Source of the DNA: Paraspadella gotoi
Taxonomy: Eukaryota; Animalia; Chaetognatha
Direction: 5' to 3'
NCBI GenBank assembly: GCA_051294375.1
Contig: CM119269.1
Coordinates: forward strand, 5,343,609 to 5,407,608
DNA: 64,000 nt
In this document: piece by piece, positions 1 through 13,800 of the stretch
Numbering within the stretch: the stretch's first letter is position 1
How the letters are laid out: each line of letters begins with the position of its first letter
The notes under the pieces: generated by a model
The model's input: only the letters and a program-made list of their open reading frames with translations
Told to the model about the DNA's origin: nothing
Databases searched by the model: none
Program-made: the position numbers and the translations under genes

Positions 1-2
1 TC

Positions 3-371
3 ATTTGATTGCTTTATCAAGCAATTAAGATTGCAAGAATTTTAATTTTGCTTTTTTTCATCATGTAGAGAAGACAATAAGGTTTCGGAAACTGTACTAA
101 TATGTATGATTTGGTCTTTTTTACTCAAGAGCCAGGAGGTTTTCTTGGAATAGGGAAAAAACGGCCTGACCAGTCCATTTAAATACCATTTTTGGGCATG
201 ATAAAATGGGAATTTCGATCGCGCTCTACCTCCATTGGCTTCCAAGACGCCAAGCTTTCGAAATCTGCCCATATTGACATAATTTTTTGGCCTTGACTAT
301 GCAGTTTTGAATAAAAGTGAAATATAAAGGAATCTTGATCGGAGCTTCGATTCGAACGATGCTAATCTCTA
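3..371 (-). repeat. ~370-bp interspersed repeat, inverted copy of 8112-8481
   Basis: The reverse complement of 3-371 matches 8112-8481 nearly throughout (gctttatcaagcaattaagattgcaagaat vs attcttgcaatcttaattgcttgataaagc). Opposite-strand ORFs in both copies translate KKTSWLL...KKQN. Confidence 0.9.
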
Positions 372-469
372 TATAATATAGTTTCTCTTTGCTTACAAAC
401 TAAAAACTTTCAATGGATGGATCGGTCACTCAGTATCAAAATTTCGATCAAAAGGAAGATCTCGTCATT

Positions 470-1275
470 CTCTGTCGCAGCAACGGTCACAGAATATCGC
501 ATCAAAAAAATGATGTCCGTCCGTCCGTTCGACCGCCTGTCTATCTGTCTGAGTGTCCATCCCACCTTAGCAAAAAACTCCAATTACTTGTGACTGGATG
601 GATGAATTAAGATGAAATTTTATGTGTGGGTAGAGAAGTGGGTGATTGAGCTGGAAATCAAGTTTCGATGGAATCGTCTGAGTGGAAATGAGTTTAAATA
701 AAAAAAAGCTAAAAAATATATTTCACTATTTATATATTATATTTATATTATATTTCAATAATCAATAAGTGGATGGAGCGATTGACTTGAAATTTTGTAG
801 GTGAGTAGAAAAGTGTGTGATTAAGCTGGAAATCAAATTTCGATGGAATAGTGGAAATGAATTTAAATTGACAAAACAAAAAACCTGTTTCACTAATTGA
901 TTATGCTTCTTTTTCTTTTTCTATTAAATGTAAATGCAAGATGTAAAAATTAATCAAATAGTTAATCATTTAATTAATCAATTAGCCAATAAATTAATCA
1001 ATAATTAATTAATCTGTCAATTAATCAATCAATCAATTTATTTATGTATTAATTAATTATTCGATAAATCAATTAATTTATAAATATAAATAAATAAATT
1101 ATTTTAACATTAAATAAACTAAAATCAATCAGTAAAGTCCAATCACGTTATTCGCATTATTTGTCGTCGGCGCCATCTCATCGTCGTAGCTTGTTGTACT
1201 AAAACACGAATAATTTGTCGGATCTAATATAGTTAACTTATTTACTTAATATCCGCTAAGATCGTGGGACAGATC
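470..1275 (+). mobile_element. Possible DINE-1/Helentron-like non-autonomous element (boundaries approximate)
   Basis: (GTCC)n tract at 515-545, followed by two copies of a ~100-bp block ~180 bp apart (tggatg...gaaattt..tg...gtag...gctggaaatcaa.tttcgatggaat at ~594 and ~769). A short inverted repeat tgtcggatct/agatccggaca lies at 1216-1271. Confidence 0.3.
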
Positions 1276-1501
1276 CGGACAATTGATTTGCTTACAAATG
1301 TTTATTACTCTTAGTGTGATTCGCGCTTTTCACTTTCGCCTTTCCCTTTCCTTTTCCCCTTTAATCTTTAGATATAAAATAATTGATAGAGAGTGGATCT
1401 TTTTTAATTTTAAAAAAATAAACTTTTTACCATCGATAATGCTATTTTTTACAAGAATTATTTGCGGCAAACCATAAATTTTTTTTTTTCAATCTTTAAC
1501 G

Positions 1502-4413
1502 AACATTGTTAAAAAATATAATTATTTTAAATTGCCCCAGAACAATTGGTTTTTTTTACCAAAAAATTAATACTTGTAAAAAACTAGAGCATTCTAACTT
1601 AATTTATAATGCGGGGTGGATGTAACTAAATTAGTGCATTTTTCCTCCTTCTACAACGGATAGATGGGTTTCGTGCCTCTAGCAAATAAAGCTTTAAAAA
1701 TGATATATAATAAAAAGGTATTTTTTACAATTTTTTGCAGTCATTTGGCAGATGTTACTGTGAATTTTTTTATTTTTAAAATGTTCTCAAAAAATTTCAT
1801 CATGATGTAATGGACAACCTTTACAGCGATAGCACGTTTTTTTTTTTATTTAAAACGAACTTTTTATATATTGAAAGCGCACTCACGCTCCGTCACCCAC
1901 ACGGAGAAGTCTCCTGCGTATAGAGGTGGTAAGGAAATGATAATGCATTTAAGAAATATTATGAGGGTAGGCTCAATCCTTTTTCTATCTATCTATCTAT
2001 TTTCTACTCTCTCCTCGTCTCTCTTACTCTCTCTCTCTCTCTCTCTCCTTTCTCTCTCCAGTATCTTCTAGATCTATTTAGAGTTTGCTCATGCTTCCTT
2101 TTTAATCCATTTTTTTTGCTTTCTAGTTTCCGGCCAGCTGCCTTCCAGGAATACATGCATGGCAGCGTATTTTTTATCTCCAATTGGTCGTTGTCGCCTT
2201 TCTGAATGACCGATTCACGAATGAGCGTGTCTGCTTACTCTGTCATAATAACTAAAAAATAACGCTTTTTCAATTTATGAATATTGTAAAATCTACTTTT
2301 TTCACTAATATTCTTTATTTGTTTTTATTTAGATTTAAAAATAACTATTATTTTATGATTTTTATTGTTATAATATTTTTGTGTTAAATATTTAAATCTA
2401 ATATTATTTATCAATGTTTTGGGATGGGATGTAGTGTGTCTTCTGAAATAGAGGCTGCATCTAACCAACAAAGTCAGATTACTTTCTGTTTCAGGTTATT
2501 CAAATACCCCGTGAGCAAATGATTGACACGAAGTAAAACTTAATGATACATTACCCCCTAACATTAAGACAAAAAATTTTTTAAACATTGATATAAAAAT
2601 CATGTGACGTTTTCTTTAAATGCCGGCTGTCCAAATTATTCAAGTGGACAAAATTCTGCAAGTTGGCCAATTTCCAGATGATAATTATTGATGCCAGTTT
2701 GATTAATTACATTGCTGGCGAGGAAAATTGTACGAAGACGAACCGTTTCAATTTTTAAATCGAGTTGGTTTTTTAAAAAACTTATCATTGACAACTTCCA
2801 CCGTCACGATCTACCTTCCGTTAACCCCACCGCCCACAGGCACCCCTCGCCTCTCCCCCCCATCAAACCATGCCGGCGACCGCCCTTCGCGATTTAAGAA
2901 CGAACCATAACCGATTTAAAGAACAAACAAGATAGGAGCCTAATCTTTCACAGTTTCTGCGGCGTGCGAAGGCGAAGAGTTCATAAGGATGCGCAGTGAT
3001 CGTTGTTAAAACGCGTTACAAATAATGAGAATGGGAGGGGCGAGCTAAAAAATTGTTCCGTGAAATTAGCAAAATAGAGGACGATAAGTCGATAACGAAT
3101 AACTGAATTGTATATCAGATGTGTGCGTCGACTTGAAATGGATATGTCAGGGAAAAAATAATCGCGACGCAAATGGACCATTTTGACCTTATCAGTTATT
3201 TTGTTGCAATACATATTATGTATATATACAGTGATAAGTATACTAATTGCAATTTTATATCTTTAGATTAAGCCAAATTTTCGAAGGGATACAATCGTGT
3301 GGACGGGAGCAGAGGAAGAAAATTAGCCAGCGGGGGAAATAAAGCGAGCGTTACAAAAAATAACAGCTAAAAAGAAAAAAAAAAAGGGAAATAACGAGAG
3401 CGAAGCCATTTTTTTTTCTTTCTCCTTCGTTCGATCTAAAAATTCTCGACGAAACAAGATTGAGCGACGGGCTAAGGATATGAGGGGGGTGAAGGCAGGG
3501 CGAGAAGGGGTGTAGAACGGAGGAGTGAAAGGGCGGTGTCAAGGAAAATCCAGGGTAAGGGGTTGAGTTGGGGGGGACGCAGAATAGAACCGTAATGGCC
3601 TTCTCGGGGAAAGAGATAAAAGAAAATATGAGAGTGAATAATGTCGTTGAAACGGCTTACCTCTTTCGCTTGCCGGCCGCCGCCGAGCCGCGCCGCCGCC
3701 GCCCGCCGCCGCCGCCGCCGCCCGCCGCCGACGCCGCACGGCCGCCGCCGCCCGCCGTGCCGCCCGTCGCTTCTCTGGTCGTCGGTGCTCTGCCCCTCTC
3801 TCTGATGGCATAAATAAAACCCCGATTGAGCCTCAAACGGCTCTTCCGCTGTCATTAATTCTACGGAATTCGAAAAATTTCAAGATCGAAAATCGAAAAT
3901 CGATAAAGAATTCGATTCATCGAATTCGATATGACTCGACCTTCGGGTTTACGGTCATTCGAAGTTCATGACAGAGTTTTTTTGGGGCAATCGTCGGGGA
4001 AGCGTTGGAACTTTAGACGGTGACTATAACGATACCCTCAGACAATTATTTACCTTTCTTTAAAATCTCGCGATTTCCCATAGAGTTAAAAAAGGAACTA
4101 AAAACAAACAAACAGCGCGCCTTAGCCATATATATTTGTAAAGATTTCTCAATAAAATTCATTTTCATGTGAAACAGACAAACAAACGTCTAGAACACCC
4201 TCTCGTTCTTTGGCAAAACACGAAACTACTATTTAAATCCAATCATCACAACTCATCCGGCATTTTATCACAAATCCCATCAGCGCTAAGACCGTGGGAT
4301 AGCGTGCGTGATACGTCCTTTTCTGGGCGAACTTTCCGTCTCTTCTCGACCTCATCGTTTTCTTCGCGCGAACTATTCCACTCGTGCTTTCGACTCTCCA
4401 GAAACCAGATGTT
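1502..4413 (+). repeat. Direct duplication 1, copy a (partner 4439-7181)
   Basis: aacattgttaaa..aatataatt at 1502 and 4439; the copies are collinear through tccagaa(a)ccag at ~4397 and ~7171. They are separated only by a 25-N gap and differ by many 1-bp indels. Confidence 0.9.
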
Positions 4414-4438
4414 NNNNNNNNNNNNNNNNNNNNNNNNN

Positions 4439-6581
4439 AACATTGTTAAAAATATAATTTTTAATTGCCCAGAACAATAGGTTTTTAAAAAAATTATACT
4501 CTGGTGGTCCTATCACCACAGATGGATTAAAGCTGTTTCTTTCGCAGCGCCTCAGTGGCTCAGTGGACTAATGCACCATCCCAATGTGCGTCCCTGGTTC
4601 GAGCCCTGAGGTTGTCATGTAGAAAGTGGGATGGACCGGGTAACCCGCCTGTAGGCATGGGCCTACTGCCAGATCCAAAGCTCTGGACTACATGAACATG
4701 CTGTCTCGCTGTCCCCACGATGTGACACCGCTGCGGGTGTGGCGCCCTGTAAAACCAGCCTCTTCAATACTTAGTAAAAACTAGAAACTAACTTATTTTA
4801 TAATGCGGGGTATGTAACATAGTCAATTTTTTCCTTCTACAAGATAGATTGGGTTTCGTGCCTCTAGCAATAAAGCTTTAAAATATATTTATAAAAAGTC
4901 CATTTTTACAATTTTTTTAATTTTTTTCAGAGTTGGCAGCATTTACTGTAATTTTTTTTTAAATGTTCAAAAAATTCATATGATGTATGGANNNNNNNNN
5001 NNNNNNNNNNNNNNNNNNNNNNNNNNNNNNNNNNNNNNNNNNNNNNNNNNNNNNNNNNNNNNNNNNNNNNNNNNNNNNNNNNNNNNNNNNNNNNNNNNNN
5101 NNNNNNNNNNNNNNNNNNNNNNNNNNNNNNNNNNNNNNNNNNNNNNNNNNNNNNNNNNNNNNNNNNNNNNNNNNNNNNNNNNNNNNNNNNNNNNNNNNNN
5201 NNNNNNNNNNNNNNNNNNNNNNNNNNNNNNNNNNNNNNNNNNNNNNNNNNNNNNNNNNNNNNNNNNNNNNNNNNNNNNNNNNNNNNNNNNNNNNNNNNNN
5301 NNNNNNNNNNNNNNNNNNNNNNNNNNNNNNNNNNNNNNNNNNNNNNNNNNNNNNNNNNNNNNNNNNNNNNNNNNNNNNNNNNNNNNNNNNNNNNNNNNNN
5401 NNNNNNNNNNNNNNNNNNNNNNNNNNNNNNNNNNNNNNNNNNNNNNNNNNNNNNNNNNNAGGTCAGATTACTTTCTGTTTCAGTATTCAAATACCCCGTG
5501 AGCCAAATTGATTGACACGAAGTAAAACTTAATGATACATTACCCACCTAACATTAAGAAAAAATTTTTAAACCATTTGATATAAAAATCATTGACGTTT
5601 TTTAAATGCCGGCTGACCAAATTATTCAAGTGACAAAATTCTGCAAGTTGGCCAATTTTGCCAGATGATAATATGATGCCAGTTGATTAATTACATTGCT
5701 GGAGAAAATTGTACCGAAGACGAATCCGTTTCAATTTTTAATCGAGTTGGTTTTAAAACTTATCATTGACACTTCCACCGTCACGATCTACCTTCCGTTA
5801 ACCCCACGCCCACACGCACCCTCGCCTCTCCCCCCCCATCAAACCATCTCGGCGACCTTCGCGATTTAAGAACGAACCATAACCGTAAAGAACAAAAAAA
5901 GTAGGAGCCTTTTTTCAAGTCTGCGGCGTCGAAGGCGGAAGAAGTTATAGATGCGAGGTGATCGTTGTTAAACGCGTTTACAAAATAATGAGAATGGGAG
6001 GGGCGAGCTAATGTCGTAGAAATACCAAAATAGAGGCGATAAGTCGATAACGAATACGAATTGTATATCGAGATGTGTGCGTCGACTTGAAAGGATATGT
6101 CAGGGAAAAACTAATCGACGCAAATGGGACCATTTTGACTTTATATTATTTTGTTGAATACATATATGTATATATAAGTGATAATATACTAATGCAATTT
6201 TTATATCTNNNNNNNNNNNNNNNNNNNNNNNNNNNNNNNNNNNNNNNNNNNNNNNNNNNNNNNNNNNNNNNNNNNNNNNNNNNNNNNNNNNNNNNNNNNN
6301 NNNNNNNNNNNNNNNNNNNNNNNNNNNNNNNNNNNNNNNNNNNNNNNNNNNNNNNNNNNNNNNNNNNNNNNNNNNNNNNNNNNNNNNNNNNNNNNNNNNN
6401 NNNNNNNNNNNNNNNNNNNNNNNNNNNNNNNNNNNNNNNNNNNNNNNNNNNNNNNNNNNNNNNNNNNNAGGGGTTGAGTGGGGGGGGACGCGAAAGAACC
6501 CGTTAATGGCCTTCTCGGGAAAAGAGATAAAAGAAATATGAGAGTGAATAATGTCTTGAAACGCTTACCTCTTTTCGCTTG

Positions 6582-6640
<59 letters not shown>

Positions 6641-7181
6641 CATGATTCCCAGTGATGGCAAAATAAAAACCCCGATTGGCTCAAACGGATCCCCACCGAA
6701 TTCTAGAATCGAAAATTCAAGATCGAAAATCGAAAATCGATAAAGAATTCGATTCATCGAATCGAATGACTCGACCTTCGAGGTTTAGCGGTCGAAGTCA
6801 TTGACAGAGTTTTTGAGGGCAAGGTCGGGAAGCGTTGGAACTTTAGACGGTGATATAACGATACAGCAACAATTATTTACTTTCTTAAATCCGTTCCCAT
6901 TGGTTAAAAAAATAAAACAAACAAACAGCGCGCTAGCATATATTTTTGTAAATATTTCAATAAATCATTTTCAGAAAAAAAAAAATGTTAGAACACCCTT
7001 CGTTGGCAACCACGCAAACTACGAATCTCACTAATCAATCATCACAACTCATCCGGCATTTTATCACAAATCCCATCAGCGCTAGACCGTGATAGCGTGA
7101 TACTCCTTTCTGGCGAACTTCGTCTCTTCTCGACTCATCGTTTCTTCGCCGCGAATATTCCACTCGCGTCTCCAGAACCAG
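4439..7181 (+). repeat. Direct duplication 1, copy b
   Basis: Collinear with 1502-4413; contains two internal N-gaps and an extra 266-bp insertion. Confidence 0.9.
4501..4766 (+). mobile_element. tRNA-derived SINE-like insertion with 5-bp target-site duplication
   Basis: Present in copy b, absent at the empty site in copy a (atact at 1570-1574); atact is duplicated at 4496-4500 and 4767-4771. Pol III A box TGGCTCAGTGG at 4556-4566 and B box GGTTCGAGCCC at 4596-4606. Confidence 0.75.
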
Positions 7182-7470
7182 CTGCCTTTTTTCGTTAGCT
7201 TCTTCTTCTTCCTCCTCCTCCTCCTCCTCCTCCTCCCGCTCCTCCTCTCCTCCTCATTCTCCATACTCGTCTCTCTCCTTACTCTGACCTTCTCATTGCT
7301 TCTAATCTTCTAATCGCCTAATTTTCATTATCGGCTCTGGGCCGCCTTCTCTCGCTCTCTCTCTCTCTCGCTCTCACTCGCTCTCGTTCATCGCTCCCAT
7401 AACCCGTACCAGTGCTGACGTCTGAGCTTTCGACAGCCCGACCTCTATAAGTTAGAGAGAGAGAGAGGAG

Positions 7471-7544
<74 letters not shown>

Positions 7545-8111
7545 TTTTTCATACTTTTTTCCATTTCTCCGCTTTCCACCCAATAATCACACGTCGATGT
7601 GGTTCGTCAGTTGTGACAAATTAGTGTTTCACGTGAGAATATGAGCCAGATTTTTTTTTCTCCTTCCCTATTGTTGTGGGTCGTATCGAACCTGATGGGT
7701 GGACGGTCGAGGAATGCGGCTATTTAAGTGGTACTTGACTAATTACTTATTTATACTGTAAAAATTTATTTTAATTTATAACGTGAGGTATCTCACATAC
7801 TCATTTCATTCCTCTAGCGAGAATACTTTAAGATATATTTCATGAATAATTAGTTTTTGCAGTTTTTATCAAATTTTGCAAAGTTGACAACATGCTAAAA
7901 ATAATTATCAAAAATTCGTATAGTATGTTTGCACGTTTTTTACAATATTAGTTTTACTTATTAATAACTTTTGATATGGCGAAGGCTACTTAGACCTGTT
8001 TGGTTCAGGAATTAAATTTGCGTCATTAGTCTGATTAGAGGATGATTTTTCATCCAAAAATACTTAAAAGTTTAAAAGGAAAAAATGTTAATTATTTTTT
8101 TAAAATAAATT

Positions 8112-8481
8112 TAGAGATGGCGCATCGTTCGAATCGAGCTTCCGATCAAGATTCCTTTATATTTCACTTCTATTCAAACTGCATAGTCAAGCCAAAAAAA
8201 AATTATGTCAAATATGGGCAGATTTCGAAAGCTTGGCGTCTGGGAAGCCAATGGAGGTAGAGCGCGATCGAAATTCCATTTTATCTTGCCCAAAAATGGT
8301 ATTTAAATGGATTGGTCAGGACGTTTTTCCCCTAGTCAAGAAAACCTCCTGGCTCTTGAGAAAAAAGACAAATCATACATATCAGTACAGTTTCCGGAAA
8401 CCTTATAGTCTTCTCTACATGATGAAAAAAAAGCAAAATTAAAATTCTTGCAATCTTAATTGCTTGATAAAGCAATCAAAT
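8112..8481 (+). repeat. ~370-bp interspersed repeat, inverted partner of 3-371
   Basis: Direct reverse-complement comparison with 3-371. Confidence 0.9.
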
Positions 8482-8672
8482 TAACTGGTTTTTTAGGTGA
8501 AAACTGCATAGTCAAGCCTTCTTTTTTTCAATTTTTGAACACTATTGACAGAAACTTTATGATTTTTACTATTCAAATCAGGTAGAGCGCAGGCTTAATT
8601 CAAAAGCGTTTCTCAATATATGCAAAAATTTAAAAAAGTCCAATAAAAACTATTAAAAACCAAAAATCTTCG

Positions 8673-9335
8673 CACAGTGTTCCTTGTGAGTCCCAAATGC
8701 TAGAAAAATATTTTTTTTTAATTTTTTATATTTTTATTAATATATAAAAATATTTATATAAATATAAATAGATTAAAAAATAATTTTTTTTATTCAAATC
8801 CGAGAAACGAGTACACTAACAATATTTATAATAAAAAATTAAAGTTAATTGTTTTAGAGTACCGACAATATTTTGTTTTATTATTATTATAAAAATTAAA
8901 AAAAAAATATTAAAGATTAAAATAAAAATTTTAAATTTTAATCAAAATATAATAATTATAGTTAAAGTATAGATAAATTAAAAGAAAATACTGAATTTTA
9001 TTTAATTTTAATAATAATAATAATAATAATAAAAAATGGATAATAAGATAAAGTATAAATATTTTATGTGTTTAATTTTATTTTTTTAATTATAATGTAT
9101 TTTATTAGTAATATTAATTATTATTATTTTTATTATTATTATATAATCTGATAATAATATATAATTTATTATAAAATAATTTTATTTTTATTTATTTAAA
9201 ATGTATACAAAAATTATTTTTAAATTATTTTAATATTTAAATAAATTTTAAAAATTATTTTTATAATTAATAATAATAAAAAATTTTTTAACTGAGCGGG
9301 ATTTTTGAAAAATTCAGGCCCAGGATCTCACTGTG
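8673..9335. mobile_element. Possible Transib-type non-autonomous element
   Basis: cgCACAGTG at 8671-8679 and CACTGTGcg at 9329-9337 form inverted termini around an extremely AT-rich body. The right flank is cgccg. Confidence 0.35.
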
Positions 9336-10803
9336 CGCCGGTCTAAAGCTTATTACTACGCATAGTACTAATCTTTGTTGGATAAACGAAGCCTCGATTT
9401 TAACCGAAAGTTGATCGTTTGGAAGAGCGATTTTTGCGATTGCCTTTATTGGCGATTACTTTTGGAAGAGATTTCGGCTATGATGAAAAGATGCATTAGA
9501 GTGTTTGCAATTGTCTATCGAACGCTACCACATTTGATATAAAACAATGAGTTGTTAGAAAACGATGCTTCACCCAGATTAATTTCGGAATGAACTCGGT
9601 ATAATATTTTAAACATTTATATATACTTTTTAAGAAACTTTAATAATGTTATGTAAAATTAAAATTGAGAAGAGGAAGAATGTTTTGAATATGTAGAAAA
9701 ATTGTAACTACAATGACGGAGATAAAAGGAGATACGGATGAAGACTGTTGACTCAAACTCACTAAATTAAGACGATTCAAGCGGACTGCAATTGCAAGCA
9801 TGCGCTTGTCGCGTCAATGAAGAAGCGAAAATGTCCAGTCAACTGCAGCTTGTAGATAGAAAACTATGGAGAGAGAAATAAGATAGATATCATTCTCAGT
9901 TGTTGACTTTAGATTCTTTCTTTAAATTTAATTAATGGTGTACCATTTGTCGTCAAAAATTCGATGTTGACGACCAAAAAAAACAATTTTCGCTATTAAC
10001 AGCCAGCGTTTCTGGCATAAAAAAAATTACTTTGTTTTTGATATACAATAAGAAAGCTCGAGCTTATTTTCTACGAACCTCATTGTTTACTAAAATCAAA
10101 TTTTTTGGAGATTCCTTCACAAAAACGTCTCGTTCTCTCTTCTCTATCTCACTATCTATCTATCGCCGTCCTTCTCCCCCTCCCGCACACGGGCGTGGGC
10201 GCGAAAGAAGCAGTAAGAAGCAATCTTTTTTGCTGATATTTCAACTCGAAACGAACGTCGCGTCGTCAATGCGTCGTCGTCGTCGTCGTCGGTCGTTCGT
10301 CATTATTGACGATCGTTTAAACGTATGCTCTCCATTGTGGCCATCTCACTGAGCTGTGAGGCGCAGCCCCCTCTCCGCCTCTCCTGTCCATCTCTTCCCG
10401 TTCTCTCGCTCTCGTTATCGTTTCACTTTCTTGACTTTTCAACGATTTTGTTAATGATATGTATTCCTCGACTTTTTAAAACCTTCCGTTGAAAGAGAGA
10501 AAAAAAAATAACTATTTGATTCATTTAAACTTTACACGTGATGTTATATTTTATTTTATATTTTGTCACAACACAGATAACTTTGTCTCTAAAGTCTAAC
10601 AACGCTGAGAAACACAAGCTCGTGCGTAAATGGCAACGACGCAAACTCAATCTGCCATAGAGTCGTTAAGCGCGCCTGAGTAAATGGATTTTTAAGGAAA
10701 GCCGCGTCCTTTAAATATTAAATAAGGTGAAACATAAAATATGTAAATCAGAATGTATGAGAGTCATTGTACCCCGATGTATCGTTAAGAGGAGAGAGAG
10801 GAG

Positions 10804-10851
<48 letters not shown>

Positions 10852-13800
10852 TGTGGGGAAAGGAGTAAGGCTGCAAAAAAATTTAAAACTAATAATGTAA
10901 TACCAGTATAACTTATCGTTCTGATATAATCTAGACATTTTCAGGGTAAAAAGTAACTTTCATTGTCACAAGTTACAAAATCGCAAGCCGGCTTAATAAC
11001 ACCATTCCATTCTCACTCCATCCTTGTTTATGTTTATTAGCAACATTAAAATGCCGCATAAAAAAAAACAGACGCCTCGACTTCGTCTCAGAACTTTAAA
11101 ACGATTTACTCTAAAAAATATCGAGGTTGAGAGAGAAAAGAATCAAACAACAACTTGATCGGAGAGATGCGTAAGGGGGGGAAGACTATGCCAAAACCTA
11201 CGCAAGCCTGCAATTAGCACGTTGTCGTCGCCGCAATATCTTTAGAAAAGACTTGCGTTTGTTTATTTTAACACGACAGACTTCAGTGGTTTAAACCCAT
11301 GGTCTACTGTAGCTACTGTGAAATCAGGTCGGATTTTTAACGTACCGGACGTTGGTTCAAATGTGCGGTGAGGTGGACGGGGCCAAACCATCCGAATAAA
11401 ATACACACATAATTACACAATACAATTCACACCATTACACAATTCATCGATCTTATTACACTAGTAAACAATAAATTAAATCAAATAACATTACCAATTA
11501 CACATTACCCACATTATCGTTTTATATAAACAAAAATTAATTTAATCAACAATTACATTACACATTCACTCTATTACACAATTAATTCGTTCCGAAATAT
11601 AGTATCCATAAAATTACATTAATTTGATGACTTAAGAGTAACATAATTTCATTCATTCCCGCACTGGCACGGTCGCGAAATCGATTACTCCACAGGAAGC
11701 AACGCGGATGGAAGTCTAATGTGGTTGCAAGTTTGGGCCAATGCAAGACCAGCAGAATGCGGCGATATCAGCGCAATGAAAAAGAATTGAGCCATAGACA
11801 GGCTGCGAGGTGGAGGCCGCGCCTGCGTCAGCGGCCGGCCTTTCCGGCGGCGCGGCCACGGGCGCTCTCCATATTTTTGTCATCTAATGGAACTCATCCG
11901 TGCTACGTCGGTCCGTCCGTTCGTCCGTTCCTCGGAATCGTAACGGAGCGCCGCGTCCTTTCCTTCCGCAAATCCTCTTCACCCTTTGATTGCTGTGGGG
12001 CTTTTTTAACCATTCGACGATGACCGAAAAAAAAATAAAGGCGAATGAGAAGAGCGTGGCTCTTCTTAATTATTCAAAAAAGGAACAAGAAAAAGGCGGA
12101 TAGAGAATAAAAATAATTTTTTAAGAGAAGAACAGGAAGAGACAAAACTTTTTGCCGAAAAAAGGGATAAGTATTTTACAATTATTTTTATATAATCTGA
12201 ATAGAAGTGGATCTCTCTGTCTCTCTCTCTCCTCTCTCTCTCTCTCTCTTCTCTCTCTCTTGCTCTCTCTCTCATCGTCTCTCTCTCTCTCTCTCTGCAA
12301 CGTTTACCAAGCGTAAATACAACGTTGACCATGCCAGCTGAATGGCAAGCTGTTGTTACCTCCGCCGACAACTTTGTTCCATAACGCATTACGTCTTTAC
12401 GTCTTGGAACGAAAACATTTTATACAAGTCGATTTCTCTATCTACTTTTGGTGAGCCTCACGAACTTTTGATTTTTCTTCTTAATAGACGTGACTATGAA
12501 AAAAAAAAACAGGACGCGCTTTCTTTTTTTCCTTAACAACTTTTGTCCAACCGACTTCATTCTGCTTGCGACTGAGAGTGATTTCCTTTTTTTCCTAATA
12601 CTCGGTCGTCCATGGAAACCAAAGTCTCGCATTTTCCCTCACCGCTTGACTTCATCCACGATCTTTCGTTTCGCCACTGCGCTTATCACTTCCCTCCACT
12701 CTTTTTGAACGTTAACCCAACTCTCAGCTATTTTTCCACACTCCCGTCGCACCTTCAGTTTCCCTATCTCTTTACTCCCCAATTCGGAACTCGTTTTCCC
12801 TCTTTCCCCCCTTTTTTCCTTTCACTTTTTCTTGTTCCTCTACCCCTTTCCTAGTTTCTCATCTTCAGTGGGCGTGCGAACGGTATTTTATCCTGATTCA
12901 GTCTTATTTCAACCACGAACCTCTCTCGAGATTCGCCCCCCAAAAAAAACCCAGCATTTCTTTTTTTAGTTATTGTTTTTCCTTTCATTTTGTGTTTCTT
13001 TCTACTTGTCATTCTGAGTAGTCATTGGTTCTCTTATCTCCTCACGGATGTTCTGGTCTAGAACATTATATGTTCGCCGATGTCAGCGTTGCCTGTTATT
13101 TTTCCTGATATTTATTTCAAGTGTGGACGTCGTATTAAAGTCGTGCTGGGGCACATTTGTAGTCTTCAATTCTATGATTTTAGCGTTTGCGTTTCAGATT
13201 TTATGTCTCAATGCTATTTTGTTTTGTTTTTTTTTTGTTTTGTGTTTTCGAATTCAAAAACAAATCACGTTCTCTATCGGATTCTTTATTAAAAATTAAT
13301 AGTTTTAACATTTATTGTTTTGTTGTTACTGTATTTTTCTTTTCCTGTCGATCTTCTTTCATCATTGATTCATTTTTTAATTTCATTTTTTCTTCTTTAC
13401 ATTTTAATAATTTTCAAATTCTTCCTTTTGACAGTGTTACGCACCTATGTGGTTATTCTTTTACACCCATTACATATATTTTTTAAATCGCTTTAGCCAT
13501 TGCGACGATTCTATCCGGATGAAATTGTACCATTTTTTTAAAAAAATACTCCAGTCGATATATATCTTCTCTAAAATGATGCAAGTTTCAAAAAAATGGA
13601 ATGCCCCAGCCAAAAAACTAATCATTGTTTTTGAATTACATAAAAACTATTTTGTTTTTAATATTACCAATCATTCATAGCATCTGCACGTCGCAACCTC
13701 GGACTCTGACCTAGTCCTGTCTTTACCGCAAATAAACACACTCACGCTTACAGTTCCTCAGTTTAAGCCCTGCTGACACGTTTACATGTATTGCGGCCGC

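Noticed and set aside
4246-4413. ORF ending in MPDEL (KDEL-like)
   Set aside because: The reading frame differs in the duplicate at 7041-7180, and the sequence is too noisy.
4501-4570. Hammerhead ribozyme/retrozyme on the minus strand (ctgag...gaaa)
   Set aside because: The core reads CUGAGGC rather than CUGANGA, and there are no convincing stems.
4545-4618. Functional tRNA gene
   Set aside because: A and B boxes are present, but I could not fold a canonical anticodon arm and T-stem together, and it lies inside a TSD-flanked insertion.
4927-6506. Long ORFs containing X runs (also at 43335-43843 and 44836-45444)
   Set aside because: They are open only because they cross N-gaps.
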